DNA of 63,256 nt, counting the filler, from Cercozoa sp. M6MM (lineage: Eukaryota > Protista > Endomyxa: Ascetosporea): assembly GCA_040357565.1 (NCBI GenBank). It is 10 parts of 10 records of this genome, joined end to end, with 100 filler letters (N's around TTAATTAATTAA, not from the genome) between each part and the next. Parts side by side here need not be neighbours in the genome. Positions count along the whole stretch, not along the records: positions 1 to 12,115 come from JBDODJ010000387.1; positions 12,216 to 17,381 come from JBDODJ010000959.1; 8 more parts are not named here. One strand, 5' to 3'. The position numbers and the translations under genes are program-made. Shown in pieces: positions 1 to 12,305 of the stretch. Positions within the stretch are counted from its first letter, which is position 1; each line of letters begins with the position of its first letter. Below the pieces are notes generated by a model, which ran no database searches, was not told the origin of the DNA, and saw nothing but the letters and a program-made list of their open reading frames with translations.

Positions 1-29
1 TGTGATGTGTGTGATGTGTGCACACGCAG

Positions 30-672
30 ACGGAACGAGTCAAGCACGAGATGCGCGGCAACTACGCGCGCTACTCCAAGCAGAAGTTCAGTTCCAACGT
101 CGTCGAGAAGGCACTCACGACGAGCGAGATGCACTGGCGACGACTCATCGTGAACGAACTCCTGGTGCGTGTTCTCCCGTTGTTTGTTGTTTTCGCTCCC
201 AAGTGTTGTTGTCGGCAAGGGAGCTTTTGCTTTGTTTGCAGGAATCTGCTGCCGAACTGGTGAACGATCGCTACGGCAACTATTGTCTGCAGACGGTACC
301 TAGATCCACGTCTCGATTTCTACAGATAGAGAACTGTTCTCTGTCTCTGTCGCTGCTTGTCTCTACAACTGGTCGGTACAGGCACTGTCATGCTGCGATC
401 GCGCGCTGGCGGTGGCCTTTGCGGCCGAGATGCAGCACCACCTGCCGCAGCTGCGCGAGAATGTGCGCGTCAAGTGGCGCAAGCTGCTCGACAGCGTATC
501 ATACACTTTCCTAGTACTGTCTGTTAGCATATATCGATTGATTGTGTGTGTGTGTGATATTACGCAGAGAGTGCAAAAGACGTCGCGCGACAACCATCGA
601 CCCGAGCGACGCGGCCACGGACGCCGACACCAGTCCTACGGCGGCGACCGACGCTCACACAACCGCGAGTGA
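30..672 (+). CDS. Pumilio/PUF RNA-binding protein, C-terminal part (5' partial, 3 introns)
   Basis: Removing introns 165-241, 296-381 and 496-567 gives YSKQKFSSNVVEKAL...ELVNDRYGNYCLQTAL, two typical PUF repeat signatures. TGA ends at 672. Confidence 0.9.
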
Positions 673-1591
673 TTGATTTACCTACGTCAGTTTCGTATTA
701 TTCGGATTCAAGCTTGCATGGTGTCGCGTTGCGGAATTAACCCGCGCTAAACGGAACCATTGCACTCAACCACTAAACGGAAATGCGAGCTCTTGTGACC
801 CCCGAACCAAACCTGGTTCTCGAGGGTACATATCTCGTCAAAGGCTACTCGCCGACAATGTCGCGCTTTGGGCTGGCCTGCGATTTCGCCGATGACAAGA
901 CATCATCAGCTGGACCCTCAAGCCACCGACGTTGATTCCGCTGCAAATTGCGAGTGGTTGTTTTTCGTTTGGTTCGGGACAAAAACTGTATTCTTAAAAA
1001 CTCTGGACGTTAAAGCCTTTGTGCTACCGTCTACGTGCGTGTGCGAAAAACGAGTGCCTTTTTTTTTTGTTTGTTTAAGTTAGGAGTGATAACTGAGAAA
1101 AGAATAATCGCTGTCTGGGATAAAAACTATGAACTGACCAGTGTTGTTAGTTAAAAGCCTCGTGCAGTACGAGTGTTATTGCAACAATGCCTGCACAGGC
1201 GTGGGCACAGTAGAAAAGCGAATCCTTCGCACGATGCTGCGGCAGTTTTCGTTTGGCTCGATCGTTCGACGATGCAGTGCGGCAGTGATACATGATGCGC
1301 AGTGTATCGCCGGCGCTTGAATCAACACATACAGTGTTAAAGAGGTCCAAAGTTGCACCGAAGTGTCGCTAAGCCGTAAACCGTCTCGGGTCTTGGCATC
1401 TGCGAGGCAGGATCGATACTGACGCAGTCGTACTGCACAAGTTACTGTACATCAGCTTTTTGTACAGTCATAACTTCTTTGGCTGCCTTTTCGTGGGTCG
1501 TACTGCGACTGTGTCGTGTTGCGGTGCACAGTTGCAGCACCGCACTTTTCAGTCAGCGAATCCGCTGTTTCTTTTGTTGAGACACGCGAGG

Positions 1592-4500
1592 ATGTATCGT
1601 TCCACTTGCCGTGCTCTGAAATTGCGTGCTTTTACTGCCGCATCGGCAGCAACAGCGCCGGAATATTTCGCGGGCAAACTTCCGATTGGTACCAACATTG
1701 TGTTATTTTTTGGTTCAGTTGGCTTCTGTGCAGTTCCTTGATGGTAAATTTATAATGAACAGTCGGGCACATTCCAGTCATCGCCAGGAATGCTAAGCAA
1801 AACATCCCGTTTGGTCTGACTGCTAAGCAGCTCTTTGGTACCGCTCTCTATCATTATTTGGCGGGATCAGTTTGACTGCAAAAGAAGCAGCGGCGACTAA
1901 ATTTTACAGATTTTAACAATTTTGTTTAACTTGCCAATTTGGACAGATGAAGACGAGGAGAAGCGTGAAACTGCGCGCTTGGCGCTGCCAGGCACCGGCG
2001 ACTGCGTTGTAGCCACGCGCAGTCCAGATGTTGTCAAAAAGCTTGTATTTTCCGTGTGTGATCGTTTGGGCCACAGATTATTTAAACTGAAGAATTCGAA
2101 ATCTTCTGTGCGAGCAGTTGCAGTATCAAATGCGTACGGGTGTTGCTCGACGTGAAAACGGTACCTCCTGAAACTGTGGGTTTGTTCATGACAAACTGAA
2201 ACTAAACTGACTGGTCAATGAATCAGGGCCCATGTTCGATCTCTTCTTTGAGGAACTCGAGACTGGATGCGAAGAGTTTTCGCCCATCGGTCCCGGCACT
2301 CTTGGCAGTCACGGCGAGGTACAGTCCAGTCACCACTTTCAACAGTATAAATTTAAAGAAGCTCATTGTTTTTTTGACGGATGCTGTTGATAGAGATGGC
2401 AGCGACTTCGAAGTGCTGCCGCACCTGTTCTCATGAAACCTAGTGTAAGCCTTATCCAGCCATTTGTTTGTTGAAGACTTTACATGTGTGTAGGTGGCAT
2501 CGTCGCTGGCGAAGCAGTTCGCACCAATCGCACGAGACTTTGTGCACCTCGTCAAGTCACAACGCGACGATGAGCTGCCTGGGGCGGTACAGCTTTGACT
2601 CCCTTTTAGAACTGTTAATTTTGACTGTCTCTTTTCTTTTGAAGAAGGATGTGTCAGCCTATATGCACGGAATCGATGAGCGAACTGGCGAGCTGGGCGT
2701 TGTGTTTGATTTAAATCGTCTCCTAATGGTGTGTCAGTTTGCATCTTCCGCGCGGAAGTGTTTTAGACCTGTTTGATTCAGGATGTTGCCTTGGAGTGTA
2801 TTTTCTACTTAATAACCGATCTCCGGCTTGGTGGATTGCCTCGGCATCCCGGGTAGCAGCTTTTTAAACTCTCACTTGCGTGAGTTTTTGCTGTCAGTGA
2901 TCAGTTTTGCAACTAATGTTTGGTGTTTTCGCTCCTTTAGACAAACTGAAACTTGGTGCAGCAGCACGCGAACGGATCGTGGCGATGAGTTGCTCACATT
3001 ACAGTCGCGTCAGGAGTTTTTGGACTCTGGTACCCTTCTTTTACTCCCTTCGTACTGTATTTTGCGGGATAAATGTTGCAGTGATGCTGTTCTTTGGCGG
3101 ACTGAGCGAGTCATTTCGCATGGCGCCGTTACTACCGCTGCACCGGTTGCTGCGACGTCTCTGCGGACGCGGAGTTCCACGTATCGATCGCTTCATTCGC
3201 AACGGTCGCAAGGTACACTGGGTAAGAGGGAAAGGGATGAAGCAAGGCAACTGGACAGATGATGCACTTGGCCAAGGAGGTGGTGCACGCCTCGCTGCGA
3301 GTGCGGCCTCCACGAACTCTCGCATCGAAAGAAGGCAGCGTGCGTGATATGCTGATGATGCATCCGACACTGTCGCAGGAGGACGGTCTCGCCGTACTGC
3401 TCGAGTTGGGTACTCCCTTGCCCCTTCACCCCCACCCCTATAGTTACGGCGATTGTTGCAGTGGTAGCAGGCAGCGACACGACGTCCACTGTGAGTACTA
3501 AGCATTTTTACCCCTCTTTCTACCCCTTATATCTTTTGTACCCTCCCAGTGGTGTGGTCGTTGTTTCACTTGGCCACGAAAAGCGATCAATTCGAACTTG
3601 TGCGCGACGAAGGTTTTTCTGGCGACTTTTTCGTGCTTTTCTTATTCGTATTTTGACATTGCTCAGCGCGGACGTTGTACGAAACCACGCGTGCTCAAGG
3701 TGGCAGCGACAGAGAGATTGATGAGGTTTTACCTCATCTTACCCTTTACCCTTCCCGGCCTTTTATCCCTCCCCCTCCCCCTCCCCAGAGGTTTGCACAA
3801 AGACTGTTGAAAGAAGCGCCTCGCATCCGTGCAGTGTAATTTAATCACCTACCCTTACTGTCTAGTCTTATCCCTGCCCCTTGTAGCATGGAGGAGAGCA
3901 TGCGTTTGACGCCGGCGATTGACACGGCAACACGTGTGATGCAGGAGGACCTGTCAGTGTCATCGGAGGCACCGTCCGAACGAGGCTGTCCGGTCACTGG
4001 GCGCTTCGCTGATCCGGCCAATACTGGGGTAGGACTTGTTTACCCCCCCCCCCCCCATGTCTTCTTTACTTTCGCGTGCAGAAAGTGATTCCGAAAGGTG
4101 CACTGCTGATGCCGCTGCTTCGTGCCATGGTTTACCTCCTGAACTCCTCTTTACCCTCCCCCTTTATTCCCTCTTTTTACCCTCCTTTTACCTTCCTTTC
4201 ACCCCTCTGTTTTCCCTCCTTTTGACCCCCTCTTGAGCTCTTTGGTTATCGCTTCTCACAGGGCCACGACAAACGCGTCTTCGGCGCCGATGCCGACGAG
4301 TTTCGACACGAGCGATGTAGCTGCTATGCGAGTTGTTTTATCCCTCCCCTCTTTACCCTCTTGCTGTAGGGTTGAAAACCAAGGGAGACAAACTCGCTTT
4401 CAACAGTCGTGGCACACCTGGTTCACCTGTATCTTTTACCCCTTGTACACACGATTACCCTTCCCCATGCAGTGCGTTTCTTTGGCTTTGGGATGCGGCA

Positions 4501-4809
4501 GTGCATTGGTCGACGCATCGCCACTACCGAGGTTCAGGTCGTGCTGGGCTTCCTGCTGTAGGCTTGTCCTGTTCATACCCCCTCCCTTTACCTCTCTACC
4601 CATTACCACCTTAGCGTGGAGTTGGAGGAGATCAAGCTACTGCACGAAGAAGGCGTCGCGTACGATCCCAAAGTACTGCTATACTTATAACTTTAGTAGC
4701 TGTATCTGTACAAATCACTAACTGCACTGAGCAGATTGCAGAAGGGGTGGTGCACCGACCGCTGCACGACGTGCGTCTGGCCATGCGCTTCCGCTGCCGA
4801 CTGCCGTGA
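1592..4809 (+). CDS. Cytochrome P450, about 22 introns, resembling the mitochondrial clan
   Basis: Spliced motifs: GERWQRLRSAAAPVLMKP (C-helix), ALECIFYLITDLRLG, AGSDTTSTVMVWSLFHLA (I-helix), ESMR (ExxR), FRHERW (PERF), FGFGMRQCIGRRIA (heme Cys at ~4502). Confidence 0.92.
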
Positions 4810-5926
4810 ATGAGTTGTAGCCAATCTACCTACTAATCGGTTGAGCGTCATGCGGTGGCTCGACTCCTATTGTTCTATTTCAGTTTGATATACATATAGC
4901 GACACAACACACTAAATCGAGAAAGGGCGGCACAAATAGGTGCACTATTCGGCCCCATAAAACTGAGCTCTAGTGTTCACCACGCAAACTCCACAAAACA
5001 AACTGAGTTCCCCACCTCACCCTCACTATAGTTTGTAACAGCTCGTTGAGGTACTGAGGTGCATGATTTCGGGGGTCTGTCCCAAAAACTGAACTGATAG
5101 TGTGTTCACCACGCTACACCACGTTCGATTTCTGTAAAAAGTGCCAGCTCGGGTTTCGCGCATCAGAAAAAGATCTATTTCTTGCTTGGGTGACGGTATA
5201 TGCTGGGAATCAAACGAGTGCTGGGTGCCAGTGCTTCTAGTCTCACAGTGGTTGCACATTTGTGGTGGCTACACACAGCATCCCTCAGGCGCACGCTCTA
5301 TCGACGCAGAATAGAGTTTTCGTGCCACTGCACTAGTTCTAGATGTATCTAGCACATGCGAGTTGCTATCAGTTGCCTTGTCGACTCACTGTATTTTGCA
5401 GAGTGACCCGGAAATTGTGATCAATTCCAAATCCTAGAACAGACGCCGAGGGTCCATCGCTGGGCGTAGAACCTGTCCCACGTGCCATGTGCCAAAGCAT
5501 GTGCCTCCTGGGGCACTCCACAGCGAGAAATTCATCAAATTGTGTCCCACAGGGCCCAGACTGATCGTTGTTGTTTTCTGGCTTTTCTCGCGCCACACTG
5601 CGCCTTAGTTATGCTTGGAGAGCCAGCACTTTGTATTTGTTGTATGTGGTGTGAATGCACTGCTCTAGACTCCGTTAAAATCATTGTACACGTAAAACGC
5701 CATAATGGTGGCACACTCGTCCGACTGCACGGTTTCGTGCTGGACTGGGATCGTTTGCACACTGATCGATCACCAATTCTGAGAACACTTTTTGTACCTC
5801 TACCGACAAAGCGATGGTACGCACTAATGCCCACATGGTTTGTGGCACCGCGTGTGTTGTGTTGTTGCTTGTTTAGAGGAGTGTACGCATTGTTATTGTT
5901 TTTGTTTCAATCGTTTGTGGGGACAG

Positions 5927-6599
5927 AATCCCAAGGAGATTCCGAAGATGTTGAAACGCGGCGTGGCGCGACTTTCTGCCCGCGTGTTCCGCCGCCGCCG
6001 CCGCAAGGCCGCCAGACTGGCCGCCTTGCACTCCGACACCGCAGCTGCTGACAAGCAGTCGGGCGGTGTGCAGCGCGCCCTGGGCAAGCGCGCTGCCCAA
6101 CACGCTGCTGGTCTGGTGCTGCACCGCCAGCAGCTCGCGATGACTTACCGTCGCATCGGCACACTCGTTGCCGAGCATGCAGCCGTGCTCGCGCAGTGGC
6201 GCGGTAGTTTCTTCTTTTTCTTGTTCTCCTGTCTTCTCGTCCTTCCTTCTCTTTATCCCTTCCTGTCCTCCCTCCCCTCTCTTCTCCCTATGTTGACCAT
6301 GTCTGCAGAGTACCTTCTCTTGGCAGAGGAACTGCCAACGACTTATCTGCCGCCCATGCGGTACAACTATCTCACTTCACACTCACTCTGCCTCTACTGC
6401 TGGTTACTGTCGCTCGCTACTTGTGTGCTGTGACATGTGCAGGTACACGCGACTCCCGTCGCAACAAGATGGCGCGCTGGTCAGCCAGGTTGTCGTCATT
6501 CTCAAGGCGCAAGAGAACGGCGAACTCTCCGCCGCCAGTGCGCATCAACTCATACAAGCTCACGTCGAGCTTGTGGTCGAAAAACGCAAGCACTTCTAA
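5927..6599 (+). CDS. Hypothetical Arg-rich protein (upstream exons likely from ~5670)
   Basis: Three GC-rich exons joined by GT-AG introns read in frame to TAA 6597-6599. No family recognised. Confidence 0.55.
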
Positions 6600-6877
6600 A
6601 CTGAAGGCAGAGTACGGTCTGTATTTGCTCTCTGCACCACCTTCCCATTGTCACTGGCCCGACTGGGCTCTCGTACTGAACCCCTCGAACTAACTCGGTC
6701 GCAATCGCGACCGCACGAAGTGCACCTGACGTTGCGTTTTATTTAATATACCCTGGGTTCGAGTCCAACTTTCGAGTTTCAAGTACTCTGGCATCACTAC
6801 AATCCGTACTAGTAACGACCGCGCACAGTGCAGCGTGTGTGAGTGCACCGGTGTAAGGGGTGGGGTAAGGGGTGAGG

Positions 6878-7967
6878 TCAGGGGTGGGGTAATGATGGTG
6901 CGAGCTCTATTACACCACCAGTCGTGATAGATAGGTCTGCGTTAGGGCAGGTACAGCCACATCGGGATGTGCCTCGGGCACGAGGTCCTTGCGCACGGCG
7001 TGCTGCAGCGTGCGCGCCCAGTTGTCGTGTCCGTGCACAGCTCACGCCTTGGCCTGCGCGGGAGATGCCAAATTCCTCTTGCAGTCGGTGCTGACAGCGC
7101 TCCTCGAGGATACGCAAGGCACCCTCAACGGTGCCGAGGCCCTCGTCCCAGGCACGGTTCTCGGCACCCTGTAACTTAAAGCATACCATTTGGTCATACC
7201 ATTTGGTCCAATCAGATGGTAAGTTGTGTAGCCAATTGGACCAGACTGGAGTCCAGTTGTAAACATGCAACCGTAAATTACCGATGGTGCCGCCGTTCGC
7301 TCACGACTGGCATCGGAACGCTGCGACACGTACTGCGGGAAGGCGTGGCCCTCCACAAACTGAATCTTGCGCGAGCGACGTTCCTCCGCATCCGAGCCTG
7401 TATGTGTCGTACCATAACAAACGACATGCCAGCCCATGTTGTCACCGTTGACGTCTGGCTCCTGGCCTGCAGAGCACAATTTGAGGTTTGGGAAGGTTTA
7501 AAAATAAGCAGAAAATGCAGTTTGAACGCGAGAAGCGCTCACAAAAGCATCCGCAGACTATCTTCGGAGACTGCTGCGTGCCGGCAGGGCAGCACGAGAC
7601 ATGTTGCAGACAAAAATCACGTCCTTGGGGTGTCGCGGCCGATAAAACCGCCCGTCTCGGTCACTCGTACTGTACACAACGAGATACAGAGATGGGCACA
7701 TGCACTTGATCTCGCGCAGAGAAAGCGGCATGACGAGCGTGTCGCCGCGTCGCTTAGACCGTCCACGACTTGGCACCGTTTGATTCTCTGCACCACTACG
7801 TCAGGCAGTTCATGTGAGACTAGTAACCCAGGTTGTGAGGAGAAACAAGCGCCAAGTGACTGTTTTATGTTTTTTGCAAATCGAATTGTGTTGCAGCACG
7901 AGAGCGTATCGGGAGGTGTGGAATGGGATTTCTGCTGTTTTGAGTCCTCCATGCACACGTCCCACAT
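6878..7967 (-). CDS. Probable spliced hypothetical gene
   Basis: Exon-like ORF segments flanked by GT/AG, but the structure was not fully resolved. Confidence 0.3.
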
Positions 7968-8463
7968 CTAAACTATGCGCCCCTTTGCTCTGGGTCTGGC
8001 TTCGGGCGTTTTCGAGTTGGTGTGCGCAGAGTGTTTCTTAGTAGACTGAACTAACTGACTCAACTGAACCAAGTTCGCAAGCTGCACAAGCTGCGACAGC
8101 GTGAGAGCGTGCCGGCACATGGAGGAACATTCGTTCTTCTCGCTCGCAGCGCCGGCGATGCAGTCCCAGAACAAGACACAGTGCGCACGACTGCATTTTT
8201 TTCTCTCAGGCCCGTCCAGTAAACTTACTGCACGAAACTGTTTACTTCAGTTAAGCATTGCCAGATCCACTCCTGTAGCCAACTGCTATATAATGGTACA
8301 GCCTGGACCAATGTTTTTCCAGTTCAGAAACGACGAGAACCTGCACTATCTGTACTGTTAGCTAGTTCAGTTCAGGAACGGTGACAGCAAAATTATAGTT
8401 TGATTTTGGATGACGAATTCAGTTTCTGCCAACTGAAGTGCCGAATCGTTCTACGATTGAGCA

Positions 8464-9747
8464 TTACACTTCGGGAGGCATAAATGTCAGTGCAGTGGGA
8501 GGTCGAAATTCAATCGAATCATCTAAGCCCGCGTCGTCTAGCGTCATTGCCACATATCCTTTGAAGGCGAGAATCAAGTCGCCTGCAGTTAAAAATGTTG
8601 AGCTGTACTATGTGTTACCCACCTTAGTGCTGTACAGGAGGAACCGAATGTACGAGCAGTACTGTACCAATGAAGGGCACGACTGTGAATACTTTAGCCA
8701 ATTTGCCTGCACAATGATCGCCGTCCAACCAGTGCAGTCAATGTAAACTTAGGTAGTCAGTTCACAATTTCACGCACTTACGACAGTCAAGCACATACCA
8801 AGTGCACCGAGAACCACTTTTGTGCTTCCAAAGAGAAATCCACTGCAAAAATCAGGCAGATGAGAGACCCACAGTACTGCGTCGATCAACCTCCCCGTTC
8901 CCCGAGGATATTCAGTTGCAATTGTCGCACTATGAACGAAAAACGCAAACGCACCACAAGAGTCCAAGCGCGGCGCCGAAAGCTGGAATTGCAACTGCCA
9001 GAAGCCACTGCGCATCACAAAACTCCAATCATATGGGGCAGTTTTAAACTTATGACACGGATCGAAATCAGTCCAAGCGGTATACGAAACATACAACGAG
9101 AAACAAGAACAGTCCTGCGGGCTTTGCATGGTTCACCTTCAATGTAGAGTTTCGACATAGACTATGTTCATGTACTTGTCTTTGTTTTAGTGTATACGAA
9201 ACAAAAGTAGTAAGGTATCCGTATACCTCAGAGCCAGAAGACTCGCTGAACTGCCACTGTGCACTGGCAGGAATGGTTGAGTTTTATTCCACTGAAAAGG
9301 AGCAGTTACGGGGGCCAGCAGGCCAAAGATCGTAGTGTACACCGCCGACTTAAACAAGGGTGTGTCGCCTATGTTTACACGCAGTCAGGCTACGTGCCCT
9401 CTCAGTCAAACGAAATCTGAACTGCATTGATGCATTACTTACCCAAAAGTTGCTCACTTCCAAACATGGCACCCTGTGTTATCCAAAAATTCTTTGTCTG
9501 TGCACTCACTGTGCTACTGTAGGTAGCATTTTCGTACCTGATGCACGAAACTCAAGACGACGAATGCAACCAATGCGATGACGTAGGAACACCCAGTCCA
9601 AAAAACCAAGCAGCGAACGCTGATCAGGTACGAGATTCGTCCGGCAATGGGAGAAGTGTAAATACCAATACCGGGATGTGTCGCCATTCTTCGTGCTTCG
9701 GAGATAGTTTTGCCCAAAACTGAGTCAGATTCAATCATTTCAGGCAC
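8464..9747 (-). CDS. Hypothetical protein with N-terminal transmembrane segment
   Basis: MPEMIES...YVIALVAFVVLSFV, further exon-like blocks, last exon ...PPTALTFMPPEV*. Confidence 0.4.
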
Positions 9748-9959
9748 ATATTTAGCTCATTATCGAAGCTTATCGCTTGAACACCGATTCGTAACTTACA
9801 GAGTGGATGCGACGACGCGCTTGATGCGAGGGGTAGCACAACATGACGCACAGCAGCCTGTAAACTAGTGGTCTAGACTAGAGGAGCTGTGAGAAGGAAG
9901 CACGCACCGGCGACGCGAGGGAGAAGGAATACAAGCCAGGAGGCAAACATCAGCCCGGC

Positions 9960-10947
9960 CTATCCACAATCTGGAACGTAAAAGTGCAGTAACTGAACAT
10001 AAAGGACCACAATGGTACAGCTGTCTTGAGTGACGAACCGATGCTGTCGAGCTGCGAGCGGTACTGCAACCACCGCCAATATAAAGTACAAATTGACACG
10101 AGTTTTGTTTGGTCTTGCTAGATAGAGTCTACCTCCTCCGGGCTTAACATAGTACTTCCTGTTTCCTGTTATAGATTGGAAGTGAACGCGACACTCCTGC
10201 ATGTCAACGTTGTTACAACAACAGCAGCCTGCATGACATCCCAGTGACGTGACTCCGCGAGCATCCAGGGTGGCAGCAGCCTGTGGTTTACAGTTCGCAC
10301 TACGAGTACTACTAAAAAGGACAAAAGCATACAGTACCAAGGAAGGAACGAAGACCAATAGTAGGCCTGTAAGTAGTCACCGCCGGCCACAGTCATGCCA
10401 TCTGTTGAATCGTATCAGTGCCGGTGACTCGCCAGTCGGAGCAAACTGAGCAGTACCAAAGCGAGTGGCGGCGCTGATGATTTTGAGCGCTGCCACCAGA
10501 CGCAGCGACGAGTTCAAGAGGTTCAACAGCGTAAATACCTTCCCGAAGCAAAGATACTATCGAGGGTACTGGAAATTTCCCAATAAACAGCAAAACTGAA
10601 GGTACAATCCACGTCCAAAAGGCAACGGAGGGTCGTCCAGAAGTGCAATCGCGCGAACTCTCCCCTGAGTCACTTCCGTCTCTGTCAGGTACAACAAACT
10701 GTCTACTCGTAGGTTTACTCTCAGAGGTGTCGAGTAGACAATCAGGATTCAGACACTATACACACCGAGAAATTGCGATAGGCCCCACCGGGTGGGCACC
10801 ATCTTCGCTATATGCATTTGCACGCGGCAGCTCGACTGCGACATCAACGGGCACAGTGACGGAACTCGGCGACGGAGGAGGGCCGGGCACTTCCTGGAAG
10901 ACTGCAGAAGACAATAGGATGGCAAGGCAAAAGTCAATTATCGACAT
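9960..10947 (-). CDS. Hypothetical secreted or membrane protein
   Basis: Signal-peptide-like start MSIIDFCLAILLSSAV and hydrophobic downstream exons. 3' end uncertain. Confidence 0.35.
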
Positions 10948-12115
10948 TTAGTCGTGCCAGTGTATAGTTTACTCGAAGGCTCTGCGTCGTTTGTCTGTGC
11001 AGCAGCAACTTTACCACATGCACAGTAAAAGATCAACACTGAACTTTACTGTACCCCGAGTGTGCGAGATGCACTTGCGACGAAAACTACAACAAGCAAA
11101 CGCTTCATGAGTCGGCTTCAGCCTCTTTGAACTGTAATACTTGAGAGCGCCTTAGGGCTCAACCGCTCACGGCATTTTTCGGGGACACGCGGTCGGTTCG
11201 CTCGCTGGAGTCTTTGAGCGTTCGTACTTTGGCCAAAACCGGTAATCACGGATTGACGGATTTCGAACGCGCCCCTGCTGTTGTTTGCCGGAAGGTACGT
11301 GAGCCAAACCGTCTATACTCTCTTTTTTGGTTGCAAAAAGAAGTTTTGCCATTGTTTAACTTAGAAACCAGGGAACCGAACTGAATTTGAACTTACCCTT
11401 GAGCCGAAGGGTGTCGACACAGTGCCTTGTATATAAACTTAAACTAGTCACGCATGCCGTGCGAGCACGCCAGTAAGTTTAGACGAACGACTCGACGTCT
11501 AGAACGACTAAGTTAAGTTTACGACAAGTTCAAACTTCGGGTGCGACTTGTCGTTCCGTCCATTGTCTAAACCTGTATCGATATCACGAAGGTTGTTCCG
11601 CCTCGCACACTGGGACATGCAACACCGAGTCGGAGACGTTTAGAGATCCCCAAGTGGCCAGATTGACTGCGGTGTGGCGCTTCGAAAAATGCAGCTCGAC
11701 AAAGCCGAAGGATTCTCGCGACACTGAGGTCTCGTGGCATGGACGTGGTTAACTCGTTCACATTGTCGGCACAGCACTCTTGGGAGGTACTCATTGCAGG
11801 TGTTTTTGAAGTGAAACATCTGTAAATGAACGGAAGTCGAGGTGTTTGCTCGGCCCCGTGACTCACGGCGCATTCCGCTCGCGTCGGAGGCAGAAAGACC
11901 GTGCTTTGTGATCCATGTGCTGCAGGCAAAGACAGTGCGGGTATGCCGACATCGCATCGCATGTTGTGCGCGAATATCGTATTGAGCAATCGATACTGCA
12001 GTAACAGTTTCCGTGTGGATCACACTCAACTTGACGTCTGTAGATCCTCCGACTCGGCCAAGTCTTGTTCGATCTGAATGAGAAGCGACTCGTGCGGATC
12101 GCCGCCGATCGGCAC

Positions 12116-12215
12116 NNNNNNNNNNNNNNNNNNNNNNNNNNNNNNNNNNNNNNNNNNNNTTAATTAATTAANNNNNNNNNNNNNNNNNNNNNNNNNNNNN
12201 NNNNNNNNNNNNNNN
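12116..12215. other. Artificial contig linker (N44-TTAATTAATTAA-N44)
   Basis: The same 100-nt all-frame-stop linker occurs at 17382-17481, 20655-20754, 24136-24235, 48421-48520, 51109-51208, 53169-53268, 58064-58163 and 59617-59716. Confidence 0.98.

Positions 12216-12305
<90 letters not shown>

Noticed and set aside
676-770. U1 snRNA-like words ATTTACCT and CCATTGCACT
   Set aside because: No U1-70K loop, Sm site or cloverleaf is recognisable.
6755-6767. tRNA T-loop/B-box GGTTCGAGTCC
   Set aside because: No acceptor, D or anticodon arms can be folded around it.
7042-7044. In-frame TGA on the minus strand suggesting recoding or selenocysteine
   Set aside because: Another frame is open across this exon. 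Conserved genes end in TGA, TAA and TAG and show no internal stops.
12160-12171. Recurrent TTAATTAATTAA flanked by Ns
   Set aside because: Artificial contig linker with identical 100-nt geometry nine times.
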